A stretch of DNA of 53,573 nt, the filler included, from Sphacelaria rigidula (Eukaryota): assembly GCA_964200075.2 (NCBI GenBank). It is 5 parts of 5 records of this genome, joined end to end, with 100 filler letters (N's around TTAATTAATTAA, not from the genome) between each part and the next. Parts side by side here need not be neighbours in the genome. Positions count along the whole stretch, not along the records: positions 42,941 to 53,573 come from CAXNAA020006169.1; 4 more parts are not named here. One strand, given 5' to 3'. Positions 49,108-53,573 of the stretch are shown here, piece after piece. The position numbers and the translations under genes were made by a program. The number at the start of each line of letters is the position of its first letter. Within the stretch, counting starts at the first letter, position 1. The notes under the pieces are model-generated. The model was not told where the DNA came from. It made no database searches and was given only the letters and a program-made list of their open reading frames with translations.

Positions 49108-51091
49108 AGCGGCGATGTGTGTCTAAACTCACGCGACACCCCCATTGTATTACGCCTGTAGCTACAGCTCATTCTTGGTCAACGAGGAAAATTTTCGTTC
49201 AAGATCCCCAAAAATGAGGTTGGGAGGGGGGGGGGGATGTCGGACTGAAAGAGATGCCGGCGCGGGCATGGTCTTGAACGTTGGCCATTATTGATTTGCG
49301 ATGTGTCGAGGCGAAAAAAGTGCGAATTGAAAAGATGAGAAACTGTTGACAGAAACACTGAATATCGACGGCGAGCAAGACCCCAGCACTCAAGGCGACT
49401 TTGACTCACCCTGTGCTCCGCAAGTTGCTGGGGAGGATAGCGTTTTTGGCCCAGGTGTTGACCCATTTGCCCCCAATCATGTCGGTGTTTCTCGTAGGCA
49501 CTTGGTTGTACTCCTCGAACTTGTCATATGGTAACATGGTAAAACGACAAAGCACGGGTACGCCGGGTAGGGTGAGGGCGGCTTGGTTATTGACGTATCC
49601 TTGAGTTTGGAAAGCATGGCTAGATATGTTAGCAACATCGAGAACGCGCGCAAAATGTTGCCAGCTGTACATATTCACTCCCAGAGACGCTCGGCTGTTG
49701 AGTCGTGGTGTCTATCTGCTCGCAAAAGACTCTTTCCCTACGCACGCATACATCCGTACATATTTGATACGCATGGCGCTTAGCACGTCCCGGAACAAAA
49801 GCTGTTTCATGACGCCATGAATAAACACCGCCGATTCACAACTGGCACTTTATCTAACGCACAAGCCAGCCCAGGACTGCAGGACTGATTGTCATCATGC
49901 CAATACAAACGTCACAAGATGTTGCCGTTGATTTTCTGAAGAAGCACTCAAACTCACCGCCGTCAAAGTGGGTTGTTGACGAGTCACGTGAAGCAGTACC
50001 GTAGACACTTCGCGCGTCATGCTGTTGCACGACGTGAATGAAATCGAGAAAAATCCGAATCTTTCGACAGACACAACTGAGCGAGCACGTAAACGCGTTG
50101 CTCCCACCCTCGTCCCCCCCCGGCCCCTAAACCTCTGTGATATTCGCGCACCTCGACGTTGGAGGGGGTGTTCTCAAGGCGAGGCTCATATTCTCGTCGG
50201 AAGCGCCCGAGTACGCTCCTGTAGTGATCGGGGACAGCATGAGTGAGCAGTATGGAGTAAGCAAAATATGCGAAACCCCAGCGAACGTAAGGAATAGGGG
50301 AGATCGTGTGAACCAGGCAAGCAGTGCGCCGAAGCACTTCTAACTAGGCATGATCGTACAATAGACAGGGCCGGTGCCGAGCTCGGGTTAGTCGGAGTGT
50401 CGCCTAACTACGTTTTGAATCTGTGTACAACTCCTTTTGAAACCTGCAGTGGCTGAGTCTGCTCTTACTCAGACGGGATACACGAACGCAGGGCGGTAAA
50501 AACGTATCATGTCGCCAAAGTATGACCAAGACACGTAAATTACTTGCTGTACCGGATGCCAAAACCTTCTCGTTCAGGACGGGGGCAATAAGTCAGTGTT
50601 TCAATACGGCAGGTGCTAGAATGACGCCTGCACGCCCTGCACAAAACATGTCAGCAAAAACGATCACCACTGCGGAATATCTGGAGAACGGCCTGTATAT
50701 GTCGAGACCGTCATACTCTACTTTACCTACTACGCCTTCCACCGGCTGAGGAGGAAAATGACGCTGAGTGGCTGACACAAAAAATGCTTATTCTAGCACG
50801 TAATCTCTTTGTACGGTTTTTTTTTCGGGCATAAGCGACCTTTCTGCTTGTCGGCAAAACCACCGGAGATCCTAGTCTGCGTGCGTCTTAGGAAATGTCG
50901 AAGTGACTGCCCTGGGCAAGTAACTGTAGGAAGTTCGCGGTATGATTGGAGTGCAAAATGGGCTGCACTTTTCACACAAAGTGACCCCTGCCTCAATCCG
51001 TGTCTGCGAAACACGTAGCAATAGCTAAGACTGACTAGTGACCTATCGGACACCAACGAACTGATTACTGATCCATTGAAAAACACCTCAC

Positions 51092-51249
51092 CTCGGAAAC
51101 AGCAAAATTCGCTTGGCCGCGGCCAACGTAGCCCTGTAGGCCTTGAGCAGGCCTCGCCAGCCTATCAGCAGCACGTCCGCCATAGCTAGAATGCCCGTCC
51201 ACAACAGGGGCGCTACCTGCACCGGCATTGCTTATTGATGATGATGACT
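51092..51249 (-). CDS. Candidate internal exon of unknown protein
   Basis: Pyrimidine-rich acceptor (ttctcctgtctggcag), an open frame SSSSISNAGAGSAPVVDGHSSYGG...NFAVSE and a donor GAG|GTGAGG. A further exon-like segment lies at 50668-50745. Confidence 0.35.
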
Positions 51250-53362
51250 CTGCCAGACAGGAGAACAAGTGCGTGGGCATAAGAAATGCCGATGAGTAAC
51301 ACAGGGCGGTGCAAGCCTGAACGTAGGCACGGATCCAACAGAAGGACGATTGAAGAGGGGCGAGCGGACATGATGCGGATCGTCAGTTTCAATAATAGAA
51401 AGACGCAATAGAAGAGTATACGTCGATGACTTGTGAACTGTAGAAATGACACGAAAGAAACACACAAAAAAAAAGTACCTAGTTTCGGCTGAAGAAAAAG
51501 TAGAATTAGACACGCACGCTCGTTGGGAGTATTACTGTGAGCATAGCGGATGGATGGGTTAGACAACGTCACCATGGATAACTATGCGTTACCAAAAGCA
51601 TGAGCGGAATTCAGTTCACTTCAAATACACCATGTGTCGATGAGTGCAGGGTGCATGCAGAAAGGACATGAACAGAACCCGGTCGGGGGGGCGATTGGAA
51701 CGTTTAGTGGAGTTTCACCGCTGGGGTAAGAATACTCCTGGTGGAGATTGGAAGTTTTTCTCTTAGTATATTGGATTTTGGGATACTTAACAATTACCAG
51801 TATTGATGGTCTAACATCAGGAGTATGATCGCTGTGGTTCTTGGACTATGTGCACGAGCTCGCTGTGATGTCTCAAGCCCACGTTTGCAATTTTTCTCGA
51901 CTCCAGGATTTTGCGAATAACCCCAGGAAAAATAGGTTGTACGATACGTTGGTCAATGGGGTAAGTCTTGAGTCTGCATGGGCCCGAACAGTATTTCGTA
52001 CTCGCGGACCCCTACTGTACAGACGTTTAAAGTTCCAAACTGTCACGTTGGCTGGCGTAGCAGGGTGCTGGAGTGCCAGGTGGCTGGACATGGCTTAACA
52101 AGAACGGCACCGTTTCGATTTGCAGATGGAGGCATACAGCACCCTCATCCACGTGGTTCATAAAAATGGCTTGCTGAAAACTCGTAGAACTACAGACGCG
52201 GCCCGCTATTGATACACATGGAATTGGGTCAAGGCTTGATGGCTTGATCACGGAGACGCTCAACTATGTGGTTCTCGGTTACCCTATGTAGAAATGAGCG
52301 CACGCTGCGTGGCCTTCAGTTGAGCTTATGTCAATCTCCTTATTTCTATAACCAATCGATTATTCCCTACTCTGCTGCGCTTTTCCGGAAAGCAGATTGC
52401 GCCCGTGGCAAGGGTGTCGCTTTTTCCCGCCGAAACTCTATTTTTTTTCTCGATAAAAAGCTCCAAACATACCCTGGGCAGTTACGCTATGAACAAGGCG
52501 ACATAGATAGCTCGACGCCACAGGAGTATTATTCGCCACGAATTTTTCACGTAAATTACATCTGCCCAGTCCGTGCCGTTAATCTGCGCTATATCTTGGA
52601 TGCATGCATCGTAGTATTGAGCGAGTAATCAAAACGAAAGAAATATGCTTCGAAACCACGTGCAGTGCTGAGGGTAATCATTATGTGGACATATCTTGGC
52701 GGCAGAGAAATGGTTTCCAGCGCGGATTTGGTGATGGGCGTCGGACATCCCTGACTGTGATTCGTTGCATTGGCCTTACTGCTGAGCGCGAATACAGCGA
52801 GATCCCTCTCTTTGCATGGAAAAAATGACTCTCTCTTGTAGATAACGATACTCTGCATTCACTCTTCTGTACTTGAACTACTCTTACCCTTGGCGCTCAC
52901 TTTCCGCAACCGCTTGCTGCATAGGCTCAATGCTTCGGAGGAAAACGAATGGTCCGGGACGGTCAGTTGGTGCTTCATATGCTTGCTTTCATGATGTTCC
53001 TGGCTATAATGAGGTTTGAACACATATTTCCAGCTCTAATGCTGATATGCTACATTTTCGACAATCAGCCGCGACAGCCTGCGCTGTTGTCAAACCCTCC
53101 ACGGCAAAGAGGGCTCGCTTGGACAGTATACCTGTGTTTGCTAAAACTCCAACACCACTCATACAGGAATCTCGGAAAACGACGGAAACAGCTGTACTTG
53201 AGCGAAATAACGTTCACGGGTTACGAATGTGGTTGATCCAACCAGAGCATTCTACTCGTGTTTTACAGTTGTACTGAGGCACGCGGCGGGGGCAATGTCC
53301 CGAACTCCCTCTCTCCCGCCCCTCTGTCGTTGGACGACTCACTCATTGTACGGTAAAACAAC

Positions 53363-53573
53363 GTTTTCGTGACATTGAGAGTAGAGCGCTGATTAAGAGT
53401 GGCTTTGGTGATTCGCTTTAACCCAGCCATTTACTAATTATGTGTGTGCTCTTCTTTGCCTCCATCACTAGCGTGTGCTTACAGCTACACGTCGATATCC
53501 TACTCAGGGATATCAAGGGCCTCAGTGGCAAGCTACTACAGAAAGTATACCGGTCCTCGTGGAGGGGCATTTC
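53363..53573 (+). mobile_element. ~270-300 bp MITE family, copy 4, truncated at contig end
   Basis: ttttcgtgacattgagagtagagcgctg...cagctacacgtcgatatcctactcagggatatcaagggcctcagtggcaag...gcatttc matches the copy at 14716. Confidence 0.8.

Overview
Eukaryotic genomic DNA, most likely from a brown alga (Phaeophyceae). That assignment is inferred from the GT-AG introns, stramenopile-type bipartite plastid presequences ('VSAF', 'TRAF') and TTAGGG telomere-like motifs. The window is not one locus. It is five contigs of nearly identical, non-increasing length (10636, 10636, 10635, 10633, 10633 bp) joined by artificial 100-nt linkers (44N-TTAATTAATTAA-44N), so adjacency across linkers carries no information. 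Contig 1 holds an apparently complete, plastid-targeted RelA/SpoT homologue with an intact (p)ppGpp synthetase, a TGS domain and a degenerate HD hydrolase. Contig 2 holds the first exon of an EgtE/cysteine-desulfurase-like class V PLP enzyme, head-to-head with a complete two-exon PEX26/APEM9-like gene. It also holds the last exon of CHMP1/DID2 and a degenerate tRNA-Tyr. Contig 3 holds 12 in-phase exons of a long ankyrin-repeat gene whose introns carry MITEs, a SINE and a long hairpin. Contig 4 has no recognisable host gene and consists of transposon relics plus a ~190-bp tandem array. Contig 5 holds a low-confidence spliced membrane-protein gene and more repeats. All calls are by eye; no database search was run.
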